Assembly: GCA_038496445.1 (NCBI GenBank) | Contig: JALMLS010000414.1 | Location: 124,001 to 188,000 of the forward strand | Source of the DNA: Trichosphaerium sp. ATCC 40318 | Taxonomy: Eukaryota > Protista > Tubulinea | Length of the DNA: 64,000 nt | Direction of reading: 5' to 3' | Shown: in pieces, positions 1 to 10,192 of the stretch | Layout of the letters: every line of letters begins with the position of its first letter | How positions within the stretch are numbered: the first letter of the stretch is position 1 | Translations under genes and position numbers: made by a program | The notes under the pieces: model-generated | Told to the model about the DNA's origin: nothing | What the model saw: only the letters and a program-made list of their open reading frames with translations | The model's database searches: none

Positions 1-38
1 TGTTACAGGCTCTCGAGGGTTTTATTTTATTCACAAAT

Positions 39-528
39 TTAAGTATCGAGGAAGTTAGCAGCCATGAGCAATTCCAAGGCGATTTCAGGTACAATTGGAA
101 ACTCTGAACAAGTGTCAGCATGGTTTAAATGAATAATGTTGTTTTAAGGCGCGTTTTTTCAAAATACAACGCGTTTATACGCACCTGGGATTTCGGATGT
201 GGAGTTAGACCACTTTTGTTTGTAATAGAAGTATTCAATTACTTTCTCCAAAATATTGGTTCTAATGTCTCTGAACGAGATCTCATTCATCTCATTCTCA
301 GTGAAGGTACCTAACGAAAGAGTTAGCTTCAACTAAAACATAAAAAAAAACGTTGAGAGTCCCAACGACTACTAATATAAACGGTATTATGTCATACGCA
401 CCAGGACCAGAAAGCATAGCTTTAATTGTGCCTGAAACCATAGCGCACTTGCGATCTACGACGAATTTGTGGCCTTCACACGACACAATTTTAATAGTGT
501 CCGGTTCAAAATCAGCTGCTTCGGACAT
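39..528 (-). CDS. ELOC: Elongin C (Skp1-family), 3 exons
   Basis: Spliced translation MSEAADFEPDTIKIVSCEGHKFVVDRKCAMVSGTIKAMLSGPG/TFTENEMNEISFRDIRTNILEKVIEYFYYKQKWSNSTSEIP/EFPIVPEIALELLMAANFLDT*. Two GT-AG introns with GTGCGT donors. Confidence 0.95.
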
Positions 529-731
529 CTTTTGCTGCAATTTTAGAGCTGGTCAAAGCAAAGACTTTGTGTAGAATTTCATCGAAAAACTCAAACAGAA
601 AAGAAAACACGAGTCTTCAGAGAATTTATTTATTTTTTTTACAGTTGAGAGAAGCGTTGCGTGACGTAGTGCGTAACGCTCTTTACTATCAGTACAAACG
701 AGGTGGGTATTATTAAGTTGTCAACAATCGC

Positions 732-2850
732 CTAATGAGCGAGGTATGCATCCACTACGCGCGTAATATAACGTCGACAAATTGGACCTACAACCGTCCG
801 TAAGTAACAGAAAGGTGCATACAATCAAGAATTGATTTAAAAACGTACACTGGCTGAGTTGCTTAGAACACTCTTTGCAACAACAAACGTGTCCACACTC
901 GAGAAACACGGTATTAATCTTAGCATCTAAGCATACAACACATTCCTTAATCTCAATTGGCGGTGCAGACTCTGAAAATCGATCTAGAGCGATAAAGTAA
1001 GCTACAAAAGGGTATCTATCAGTCTCTAAAAGGCAAACCTTTTTTCTCATCTGGCACTTCGTCTTCATCTTCACCAATTTCCTTCTTTATACGCTCTATT
1101 AGTTCCTCCTTTTCAACACAGTCATAAAATTGAACATTATGGCGTTTAAGAATTAATTTTAGCTCTCGGACGCGTAGATTATGTAGATTAGTGAAATCAA
1201 CAGGTTCTCTAGTGTAAGTAAAGTTAGCATGACCGAGAGGGAACAACAAAAGGAACTAAAGCCTCTTAGAGACTTTGTTTGAATGATTTTTTTTCAAGCC
1301 AAAACTTACATTTCAGGCTCCACAACTGGCGCTGGTTGTGGTGCAGGTTGTACTGGTACTTGTTGAGGTTGTTGTTGAGGTACATACTGCTGTTGGTAGT
1401 GTTGCTGTGGGGGAACTATAAAAGGGTTATATTAGAGTAGACTAAAGCGGAATGTTGGACTTTTTTTTTGGAAGAAAGTTTTTCTATTCTTGTCGTAAAG
1501 TAGGTACCGTTTCGTTGAGGTGCTCTTTGGTTTCCAGTACGTTGTGCTATCTCATCAACGATTAGCGTGACGAGCTCGCCTTTCTCTAAAGCGAGTGCTG
1601 TGTTGAATTGTTGATTACGCGCAAAACCTTTTAAATCGCTACTCTCAAGCTGCATTAACCCAGTTCTGTTGCCATTTGCTCCTTTTGATAAAAATGAGCA
1701 ACAAAAAAAAAATGAACGACTTGTTTTCATTCAATTAAACGGATGAAAGGAAGTTTTGAGTATTTCAGTTGTTTTGTTAGGGCTTTTAAACTTCTTGTGA
1801 TTTTCAGGAGACTATCGCAACTGGACGCACCATTTACAAGTATATTACAATGCATACATACACGTTGTGGTCTATTAAAACCCTTGATAGCGCATTAGTG
1901 TAAAAGTCTGTGTTAATACAACGATCCTCATCGTCTGTGCGACGTTGTAGTATACATGAGATTTACGTGCCTGTAGTACTAAGGAAAACCGAGAGCAGTC
2001 CGCACAGAATACTCGTCCACATTGGCGACAGCTATGCTATACATACTTAGTATTAAATGTAATAGAGTATTACCTTCCATGTTGCGAAACCAAATTTTTT
2101 ACGACAATGAGGACATTTTGTAATATGCCTAGGCAATGGCAGTGAGTTTGACTATGCGACAGAGCGCAAATTACGGTTTGAGGTAATTTAACGTTTTTTT
2201 TTATTAAATAAAGCTTATACTTACCGTTTATTCTCCCACTGCGATTGTGGTACTGGAGCAATGCCTTGCATGTACTTTTTTTTTTTGAATGTTTTATGCA
2301 GGAACTGGTCAGTCACTTCTAGTCAATCCAACATTACGAATAGCCTAGCGTTCTTTGTAGTTGACTTGAGCGGTTGTTCCGTTCAGGATCCGTTCTGTTG
2401 GATCTTTTAAAGCAAAAAACCTAAGCCGAGTGTATCACTGCGTGCCTATCTTTGACAGTGCCTAAAGTTGCTGCTACGAACAGTAACGAATGCTTAAAAG
2501 AGATATAATAGGTTGGTTGTGGCTGGAGTCCAGTACTAGTTCACTGTTCGAGCTAAGAATCCTGGAGAAGTTCTTCTTGAATTCCACTTGAAAAAAAATG
2601 CAACAGTTTTTCGTCTGACCGCCTTCGAATTCCGTCACTGTGACAATGTTATACAAACATAATATGATAGTTCTGGTTTGGTGCCGTTCCAGCTATCTCA
2701 ATAACTCCGTACTCGCTTAGTTTTTGTCTTGAAAGATACCACTGTACGTTTAGTTTCTGTTGAATGTTCGCATAGAACGACTTTAACATAACGAGCTCCA
2801 ATTTTCACCAAACATGAATTTATCGTCTAGAACGTAACAAAAGTATCGAA
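732..2850 (-). CDS. RNF34/RFFL (CARP)-like E3 ligase: FYVE-like finger, SAP-like helical repeats, C-terminal RING; 5' end uncertain
   Basis: Exons encode KCPHCRKKFGFATWK and CRQCGRVFCADCS (FYVE), LRVRELKLILKRHNVQFYDCVEKEELIERI (SAP-like), a Q/P-rich linker at 1321-1414, and CVVCLDAKINTVFLECGHVCCCKECSKQLSQC/PICRRYITRVVDAYLAH* (RING). Confidence 0.8.
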
Positions 2851-3531
2851 TTACTACGTAATAGAAGAAGCGGAAAGTACTACTAGAATGTAAAGGCTAC
2901 AGCAATAAGTAAATTAGTTTCCTGTTTAAAAAAAACCCTCGACGGTTTAAAGAAGATCAAGGGTTGACTACTCGAACAATTGGCTGAGCAGAAGTTACAT
3001 CAAATAACAATGCCTTATAGCCGAAGTGACTTCAGCACGCGCTTTATAAACCACAACAAGTGCAAGAAGGATGGAACTATTTTCAAGTGACCCCAACATA
3101 AAAACTTCAAACTTGTTCATTGTTGTATTGCCGATGTATGCTTGACAATAGAATCAAGACTTTAGAACTGTAATCCTCGTATCCATCACAGTATCACAAG
3201 CAATGCTATGAACGCATAAGCTTTAATACCTTCATCAGCAAAAATCACGTGATTCTTGACAATTAGAAAAACACAAACAAGCCACTCAGTCTTGTTTCTA
3301 CCACTCGAATAAACTACAAATAACAAAAAGCTAAGTGCCGCAATAGTTAACTCAATTAGGTTTAAATACGACAAATAGTCTGAGTACAAGTGTATTAGTT
3401 AACAGTATGGAATCCCACAACAATATTGTACTGGATCCACCTTTTGTAACGCTGTCAAGCCTTTTTCCTTATCAATCATTTTGCCAGCACTGTAACATTG
3501 AGCGTGTAATAGACCAGTTAACTAGTTCCAG

Positions 3532-4321
3532 ATGTCAAATAAATCACAGCACTTTCACATACTACACCTTCCGATTGAGCTTCACCTCTACATCACTGAT
3601 TTTGATGTTGACACATACATAAAGTGGCCTTTATTGTCTAAACAAACAGCAACAACTTCAAGGTTTGATGAAGACATGAATAAACAGGGGAAATGGACAA
3701 GTTATACAGGTGCTAGTGATCAAATCAAAGATCAAAACAAGCGATCATCAAGAAGAAGATTATCGCAAGGGCATTGGATGAATGGTAAACTTCATGGAGA
3801 ATGTAGAAAGTGGTATGATACTGGTCAATTGGAGAGCCAGTTCTATTATGCAAATGGTATCCCTGTGGGAGAGTTCAAGGCATATTACAAGAATGGGCAG
3901 CTAGGTGAGCACCATAAATATGTTAACAGTGAGATAGAAGGAGAGTGGTGTATGTGGTATCGTAGCGGAGAATTAAGAGAGAAGCATCAAGTCGAAATAT
4001 TGGCATGAGAATGGACAACTTCAAAAGCAGCTTTTTTTTGTCAAAGGCAAAAAAGAAGGTGAGTGGAACGGTTGGAATGAAGACGGCCATATGACATACA
4101 AGTTTAACTATGTCAATGACGTGAATGAAGGACAACAGCTCATGTGGCATTCACAAAATCAACTATCCATGGAGTATTTTTGTGTCAATGGTAAAAAACA
4201 TGGAGTTAGTAAGTCATGGTATAAAAATGGTTTACTACATATTGAGACTAAATACGACAATGGCAAGAAAGTAGGAGAATCAAAAGTATGGGATCAAAAC
4301 GGTCAATTATCCTATATGTAG
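3532..4321 (+). pseudogene. F-box-like + MORN2 (YwqK-type) repeat gene, frameshifted near 3990
   Basis: N-terminus ILHLPIELHLYI..WPLLSKQ followed by 24-aa W-x-x-NGQL...NGK-x-EG repeats. One repeat lacks about 8 aa and the frame changes (..ELREKHQ / KSKYWHENGQL..). Confidence 0.8.
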
Positions 4322-4744
4322 AGAACAATCAAGAATACAATGAGTTAGAGTTCTAACACTCAGTTGACTTTCTTCTATCAACTAACCAATGAACACTAAC
4401 TATAGACGATGTTGGGAGGAAGACAAAATGTATTGTGGCTCTAGTGCAGCGCCAAGTATTTGTTATATTATACAAGAACACTTGGAAAATAAAAGAAGGT
4501 TTTTACAGTTTGAAAAAAAAACAAATTGAAAAGGAAATTTTTGGGTGGGATGTGGGTGATTGCTGCTCGCCATGTTGTTTATGAGCTTTGTAGGTTGTTG
4601 TCGTTGATTTATACAAAGTCAACTGAAGTTTACCCAAACGTCTGTAACTGAGTAAAACACGTGTACAGCCATTTTGATGGTACTTTATCCATAGAGTTAA
4701 TATGAACAACTAAAGAAGAGTTCAAGTTTGATCGACTTGATCAT

Positions 4745-5545
4745 TTAGCAATCTATAAGTTCTAGATTTGGTAAAGGGTGTTTACCCCATACTTGTTTGA
4801 CACCCTCGTATGTTATTAAATTACAAGTCAAGGTTGATAGTGTGTACACCAGTCAATGCCTTCAACCCTTCATCTGTAACATCTGTTAATCTCAAATTTA
4901 TTGTGTGTACACCAGATAAAGCTTTGATACCAATGTCTGATATATATTGACAACATCCCAAATCTATAGTATGTACTCCAACTAGAGGTATAAGGCCTTC
5001 ATCTGTTATATCACAAAATTCTAGGTTGATAGTGTGTACACCAGTCAATGCCTTCAACCCTTCATCTGTAACATCTGTTAATTTCAAATTTATTGTGTGT
5101 ACACCAGATAAAGCTTTGATACCAATGTCTGATATATATTGACAATATCCCAAATCTATACTATGTACTCCAGACAAGGCCTTCAAACCTTCGTCTGCCA
5201 CATTTGTAAATGATAAATCTATAGTGTGTACTCCAGCCAATGCCTTTATACCCTCATCAGTTACAGCGGTAGCACTCAAATCAATCGTATGAACACCTGA
5301 AAGTAAGCGCACGTGACTGTCGTCTAAGGTACTTCTCAGTTTAACCAAGGAAATCTCCGTATTCTGTAGTAAAGGACTCCCACAGAGTGTTTTCAATTCG
5401 TCAATGCTTGAAACTTCAATACGATTGTATCCAACATGGTTGTGGACGATATCGTGGAGTAAGTGGCATGTTTGTGCTGAACAAAGCGTAAACGTTCCTT
5501 GTTTGAGAATATGAACTATTAATTCAACTGGTAGTGTTGTCCAAA
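4745..5545 (-). pseudogene. F-box + LRR ('GVHTI' repeat) gene, last repeat out of frame
   Basis: Upstream of the listed ORF the frame reads WTTLPVELIVHILKQ..CSAQTCHLLHDIV (F-box), then 21-22 aa GVHTIxLxxxxVTDEGxKAL repeats. The terminal TCNLITYEGVKQ.. continues in another frame after 4830. No in-frame ATG is visible. Confidence 0.75.
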
Positions 5546-5644
5546 CTTTTTATTTGTATTTCCCGTGTGCCACGTGTGTTGATGCGAAAGCTTGATAACC
5601 TGAATGTAGAGGTAGCAAATACCGGTCCGATACCGGTCCGGTTT

Positions 5645-7387
5645 GTTTGTTTGTTTGGTTTATTTGACTATGTTTTACTTTAGTCGAGCACATTTCGCGT
5701 TACATATATAGTACAACACAGGCCTTAGCCTGGGAAATGTCCTCTTTACTTTTTTGTTATGTGTATTCGTTGATCATATATTCCTCTCCGTTCCTCCTCG
5801 CTCGTTCTTTTACTCTTTTAAGTTTGATCGCATGATTTGCTTTCCTGTTAATTATATACTTTTTATATAATTCTATTTGGTGTATCATATGTGCCATCTC
5901 TTTCGCTCTCCTCCGGAGTAGCCTATTGGTGGATTTGTCTACATCTAATTCCCTAATGAATTGTGTAGATAGGCCAAGAAATGTGTAATCTGTAGCGTAT
6001 CCAAAGCAAGAGTGTGTTAGCTGTTTGTTGTATTCTTCATTTAATAGCGCCAGTGTATTTTTGTTGTAGAAAGTTGGGTATTTCATCGAGTCTCTGTACA
6101 TACATTCTGTAATTGCAAAGTGGTGTTTAGTGTACTCTCTTTTGTTGAATCCTAGTATGGCTAATAGCCATAATTCCGGTGATATTTTCCTATTTGGGTT
6201 TCTGTATTTGACGAATAAGTTAGTGTGATTGAAAATTCTGTCGTGTAGTGGGGTATTGTTTTCGTCTTGATCTTTGGAGAGTGGAGTTAGCACGCTTTTA
6301 AATCCATTATTTTCTAAATGTCCAGTGATCGGAATTGCTTTCTCTATACCTTCTAAGGTGCCTTTTGTGTTTATGAGGTGTTGTGTTACTTGACCTATGA
6401 CTTCACCAGTTGAATAGTAAAATGTGTTTTCTGGGTCACAGTAGTTGAAATGTTTTACGTCTTCTATTTCTCTTTCGTCGTCCTCTTCTAGGTTACATAA
6501 TTCGCATTTGTCATCATCATACATTTCTGTCATATATTTTTCTATGTAGTTGGATGGTGTTCCTATATTTGTAGCTATGCTATTAAGTTTTTGGTTCAGG
6601 TTCAGGTTATTTGTCTTGAGCCGAAATATAAAGTCTTGTACCCTTCCATATTCAGCTTCATTCCTCTGAAATATTAAGTTAGATGTGTGCATGTCTATAC
6701 GTTCGTATTTAGCTGGTCCTGTAGATTCAGTAATCCATCTTTTATCCCAGAATGTTTGGTTTTCGTTTTTGCGAACTTTTTGGTAGTTGCCGTATGTGAC
6801 CATACCATTCTTGCTGACTATAAACGTGTTATGCCCTTTACCTATCTTATTAAATAACGGAACGTCTTCCGATTCTTCATCTCTACCATGTTTTGCTAGG
6901 GTATCTGCGTTCTTGTTACCTTTCACTAACGCTTTGACTACGTCTTCTCCATATTTGTTTCTTAATTTAGTGAAGTGTTCTTTCTTTGTTTCTGTGATTG
7001 ATATTGTTTCGAAATCGTCTGTGTGTGCTGGTATCCATACTATTTTTACATTGACTAGCTCCATTGCTTTATGAATGCGATATAGTATTGCTTTGTAAGA
7101 CAGTTTTTTCCTACTATGTACGCTAGCTAGTTTGTACTGTTTAATAAGACTTTTGGCTCCTACACAGTCTGTTCCTAGCAAAGCTTTGCATCCTTTAGGG
7201 ATAGTTTTCAGCGCAGTTTCTATAGCATATAGTTCTGCAAAGATAGGCGTGGTATCAAAGGGTACTACACCACTAATTTTATAGTTTTCACTCAGGAAAA
7301 CACCATAACCTGCTCGGCAATCCACTTCTGTGTTGCTGTAACAACTACCGTCTGTGGCTATAATAAGCCAGTTGTTAGTTTTTGTTA
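5645..7387 (-). mobile_element. 5'-truncated non-LTR retrotransposon (L1/Tx1-like with RNase H)
   Basis: 13-bp TSD ACCGGTCCGGTTT at 5632-5644 and 7388-7400. The minus-strand 3' end has AATAAA followed by an (AAAC)n tail. The ORF stays open up to the truncation point. Confidence 0.9.
5757..7385 (-). CDS. C-terminal part of retrotransposon ORF2: RNase H + CCHC zinc knuckle (RT and endonuclease missing)
   Basis: RNase H motifs IATDGS (just upstream of the listed ORF start), FAELYAI, GTDC, WIPAH and GNKNADTLAK. Knuckle CELCNLEEDDEREIEDVKHFNYC. No introns. Confidence 0.9.
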   Translation of the reverse strand, partial: TKTNNWLIIATDGSCYSNTEVDCRAGYGVFLSENYKISGVVPFDTTPIFAELYAIETALKTIPKGCKALLGTDCVGAKSLIKQYKLASVHSRKKLSYKAILYRIHKAMELVNVKIVWIPAHTDDFETISITETKKEHFTKLRNKYGEDVVKALVKGNKNADTLAKHGRDEESEDVPLFNKIGKGHNTFIVSKNGMVTYGNYQKVRKNENQTFWDKRWITESTGPAKYERIDMHTSNLIFQRNEAEYGRVQDFIFRLKTNNLNLNQKLNSIATNIGTPSNYIEKYMTEMYDDDKCELCNLEEDDEREIEDVKHFNYCDPENTFYYSTGEVIGQVTQHLINTKGTLEGIEKAIPITGHLENNGFKSVLTPLSKDQDENNTPLHDRIFNHTNLFVKYRNPNRKISPELWLLAILGFNKREYTKHHFAITECMYRDSMKYPTFYNKNTLALLNEEYNKQLTHSCFGYATDYTFLGLSTQFIRELDVDKSTNRLLRRRAKEMAHMIHQIELYKKYIINRKANHAIKLKRVKERARRNGEEYMINEYT

Positions 7388-7649
7388 ACCGGTCCGGTTT
7401 CTATATCGGTTTTCGGTCCGTAACCGGTCCGCAATTTAGAACAAGAGTTGAGCTCATTCAGTGAACATCAAGTTGTTTCTTCCTTTTTGAACTGGTCTTT
7501 TGTGTTGCGGTCTGTAACTGGATAGGTGTGTACGTAGTCTTAGCAATCCACGGACAACTAGTTTGGACCGGTATTTAAGCAATGTCTACCTGAATGATGT
7601 TCAATGATTACAGTTGGTAAGAAGTCAACACATCTTTGTCAATTAAAAC

Positions 7650-7800
7650 GACAGGTGACTAAGGTAAATTGCACCCTGGCAGCTGGAAAAGAGTGGTATG
7701 AAAAATGGACTGGTAGCAATACATGGGCAATATAGTCTCTATGGAGACTATCAAGAAATAAGAAAAACTTCAAGAATTTGATGAAGAAGGAAACAATTGT
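7650..7800 (+). pseudogene. Degraded MORN2-repeat remnant
   Basis: Broken frames give KEWYE.NGLVAIHGQY, LYGDYQE and EFDEEGN, which resemble the MORN2 family elsewhere in the window. Confidence 0.4.
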
Positions 7801-8049
7801 AACTTTTGTGTCATTGAGTATTTCAATAAAGTTTGATTGAACTATCCAATTAAGAACGTGAGTAAGTTATATCCAAATACATTATAAGTACCAAAACCTC
7901 TATGCGTGTGTTTTGTACAACTTTGGGACAAGAAAACAACAAGAGTGTCGTACTTTTATTACTGGTTATGGTGACATTACCACGTGTTGTTTTTTCAACA
8001 AAGACGTACTTGTTTTAATAAATCTAGATAATCGACACCATTCTCGTTG

Positions 8050-10192
8050 GTTCAAAGGTGCACTCACATGTATAAGATACATGTTCCTAAACAAGACTTA
8101 TCAGAAGTACAAACCTTGAACCAGGAAACTCTCCCATTCTAACCAATTGGCCAGGCCACAATTATGAGTATTGACTGAGCTGACTTTGCTATCATTTGGC
8201 AAAGTTGTAACTAACTCCTTAATTGAAGGTTTTGGACCCACAAATGCGTACAAAATCAATTGATTTTACAGTGATTGGGGTACATAGAACGCCATCAACT
8301 CATGTGAGGTCAAAGGAAAAGTAAAACAGAATGTCAATTGTTGTTTTAATACCTTTCTTGAATATTAATGGTCATGTTGAGCAATTCACAATGTTTGAGA
8401 ACGTTAGCACTACATAATTTATTACTTTGTTTACCCCTGTGAAACCAACATAACTAACAGTATAATAATTAGATGGACACTATACAATTCTCTTGTTCCT
8501 GAACTACACGGGAATATATCGCCAATAAAGAATAGAGCACGTGTAGAAGAAAGTTCTACAAAACACAATAAACAAACGTTTGTACAAAACAATAATAGAA
8601 TATGATACCTGACTTTAGTGATGAGCAACCAGAAGCGTGCTTGACCAATACATCCTCAACTGAAGATTCATCACAGAATGAATTAGAGTTAAATAATTCA
8701 AATCCATTAACAACAGAATCAAGTGAAACTGTGAGACTACTAAATGAAGTACATCCTTCAACAATTATCGTTGTATTCTCATCAACTGTGATTACAGCAC
8801 TATCAAACGAAATGTTTCCTTACACCAGACTATTAATATAACGCATAAAGTACGTTATTTGTATGTACCTTGTACTTTGATGGTGATACCACGCAAGTCT
8901 AGCTCTCCAACCAACTCAACATTTTGATTCAAGAAGACACAAAAAGTAGTATTTGAACATGTTGCACCAAATGATTCGAGAGCGATTGCTTGGGTAGTTA
9001 ATACTACCGTTGGCGATGATGTTTGTGCTGGTGCGCTTGAAGGCTGATTGTATGCTCCAATACATTTACCAGCTTGCCCTAAACAGGAATTGATAAACAG
9101 CACTTTTTGGGTAAAAGACATTATGTTTTACCTGCTGCGTAGATGCTAGCTATCTCTGCGTCTTGAAGTGTTGCATTATAATATGACACCTGCAACATAT
9201 TATTAATTAGTAGCAGGATGATTTATACAGTACTTCATCTATTGCAAGGAAAACCCCCGTCTCTCCAATTTCAAATTGTTTTCCAGGATGAGTTATACAA
9301 CATTGGAGTTTACTACTAATATGACTAACGGCTCCATCAAGATAAAAGATAAACTGATAGTCAGGTCTAAAGAGAATGTGAACATAGGCGCTACACTCAG
9401 TAACATACTCAGAGAAGGTCAGAGCCACGTGATGCCATCTGCCATCAAGCAGACCAGGTGATACAGCCGGTACAAATTGATTTGTTCCATTGGCTACATA
9501 ATGTACTTGCAAACGCGCTTGTAGTGAGACAGCTACTTGTATGCCAGTGCGATCGTACATGTAAAAAAACCATCCGGTGTCAATGGGTGCAACAATCATG
9601 AACCAGAACTCAACAGTGAAATTGCCTACAAATTCAATAACGGTTTGCCTCAAATTCTGTTTCAAAGTGGATTGGCTGTCTAGTTGCGTACTGAAATTGG
9701 TACCGCTCGTATCACCAGTATTTACTTCAAAAGCTCCTGTTCCATCTAACAACACTCCGTTGCCTACATAGCCCTATAGAATGATTTAGCATCCACGAAA
9801 GCAATAGTACGAAAAAATAAATCAACGAACAAGTAGCGGAGTTTTTGCTCGGAGCACGTGATTAATTTCGGCTAAAAAAAAGGTAATTTAATTGTATTAA
9901 ATAGTAATTAATAGCGTCCAAGGTGTATTGATACAGTTACAAAACGAGTCAAAAAGGCGTTTTGAGACAGGCAACAATATAAACTTACCGCGGAACTGAT
10001 ATCACCTGATGCAGTTGAAAAACGAGAAGTTGAGTTCGTATTGTTTATTGTATTGGCTACTAAATTATTTTCGTCTTCGAACTTGTAAAGGGCAACAATA
10101 GAATCAGGAGCATTGTAGCATATACTCTGACATTCTTGGATAGTAAATAAGAGCGCTAGTACAAAGAACATGTCCGAGTTTGAGAATAACAT
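8050..10192 (-). CDS. Secreted/membrane LamG (concanavalin-A-like) domain protein, copy A, multi-exon; 3' end uncertain
   Basis: Signal peptide MFFVLALLFTIQECQS, then VALYKFED, NFTVEFWF, DGRWHHVALTF, FYLDG and AIDEV (LamG motifs). Confidence 0.75.

Larger units (their letters stand above)
5607..7588. mobile_element. Non-autonomous hAT-type DNA transposon (MITE, about 226 bp without the nested insertion)
   Basis: 8-bp TSD CCTGAATG at 5599-5606 and 7589-7596. Imperfect TIRs TAGAGGTAGCAAATACCGGTCC and rc(TAGACATTGCTTAAATACCGGTCC). Subterminal ACCGGTCCG repeats at 5621, 5632/7388 and 7423, with an inverted copy at 7565. Confidence 0.85.

Noticed and set aside
5757-7325. Cellular RNase H1 gene, or an LTR/DIRS element
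   Set aside because: TSD, simple-repeat tail, 5' truncation and downstream CCHC knuckle indicate a non-LTR element. No LTR, integrase or recombinase is present.
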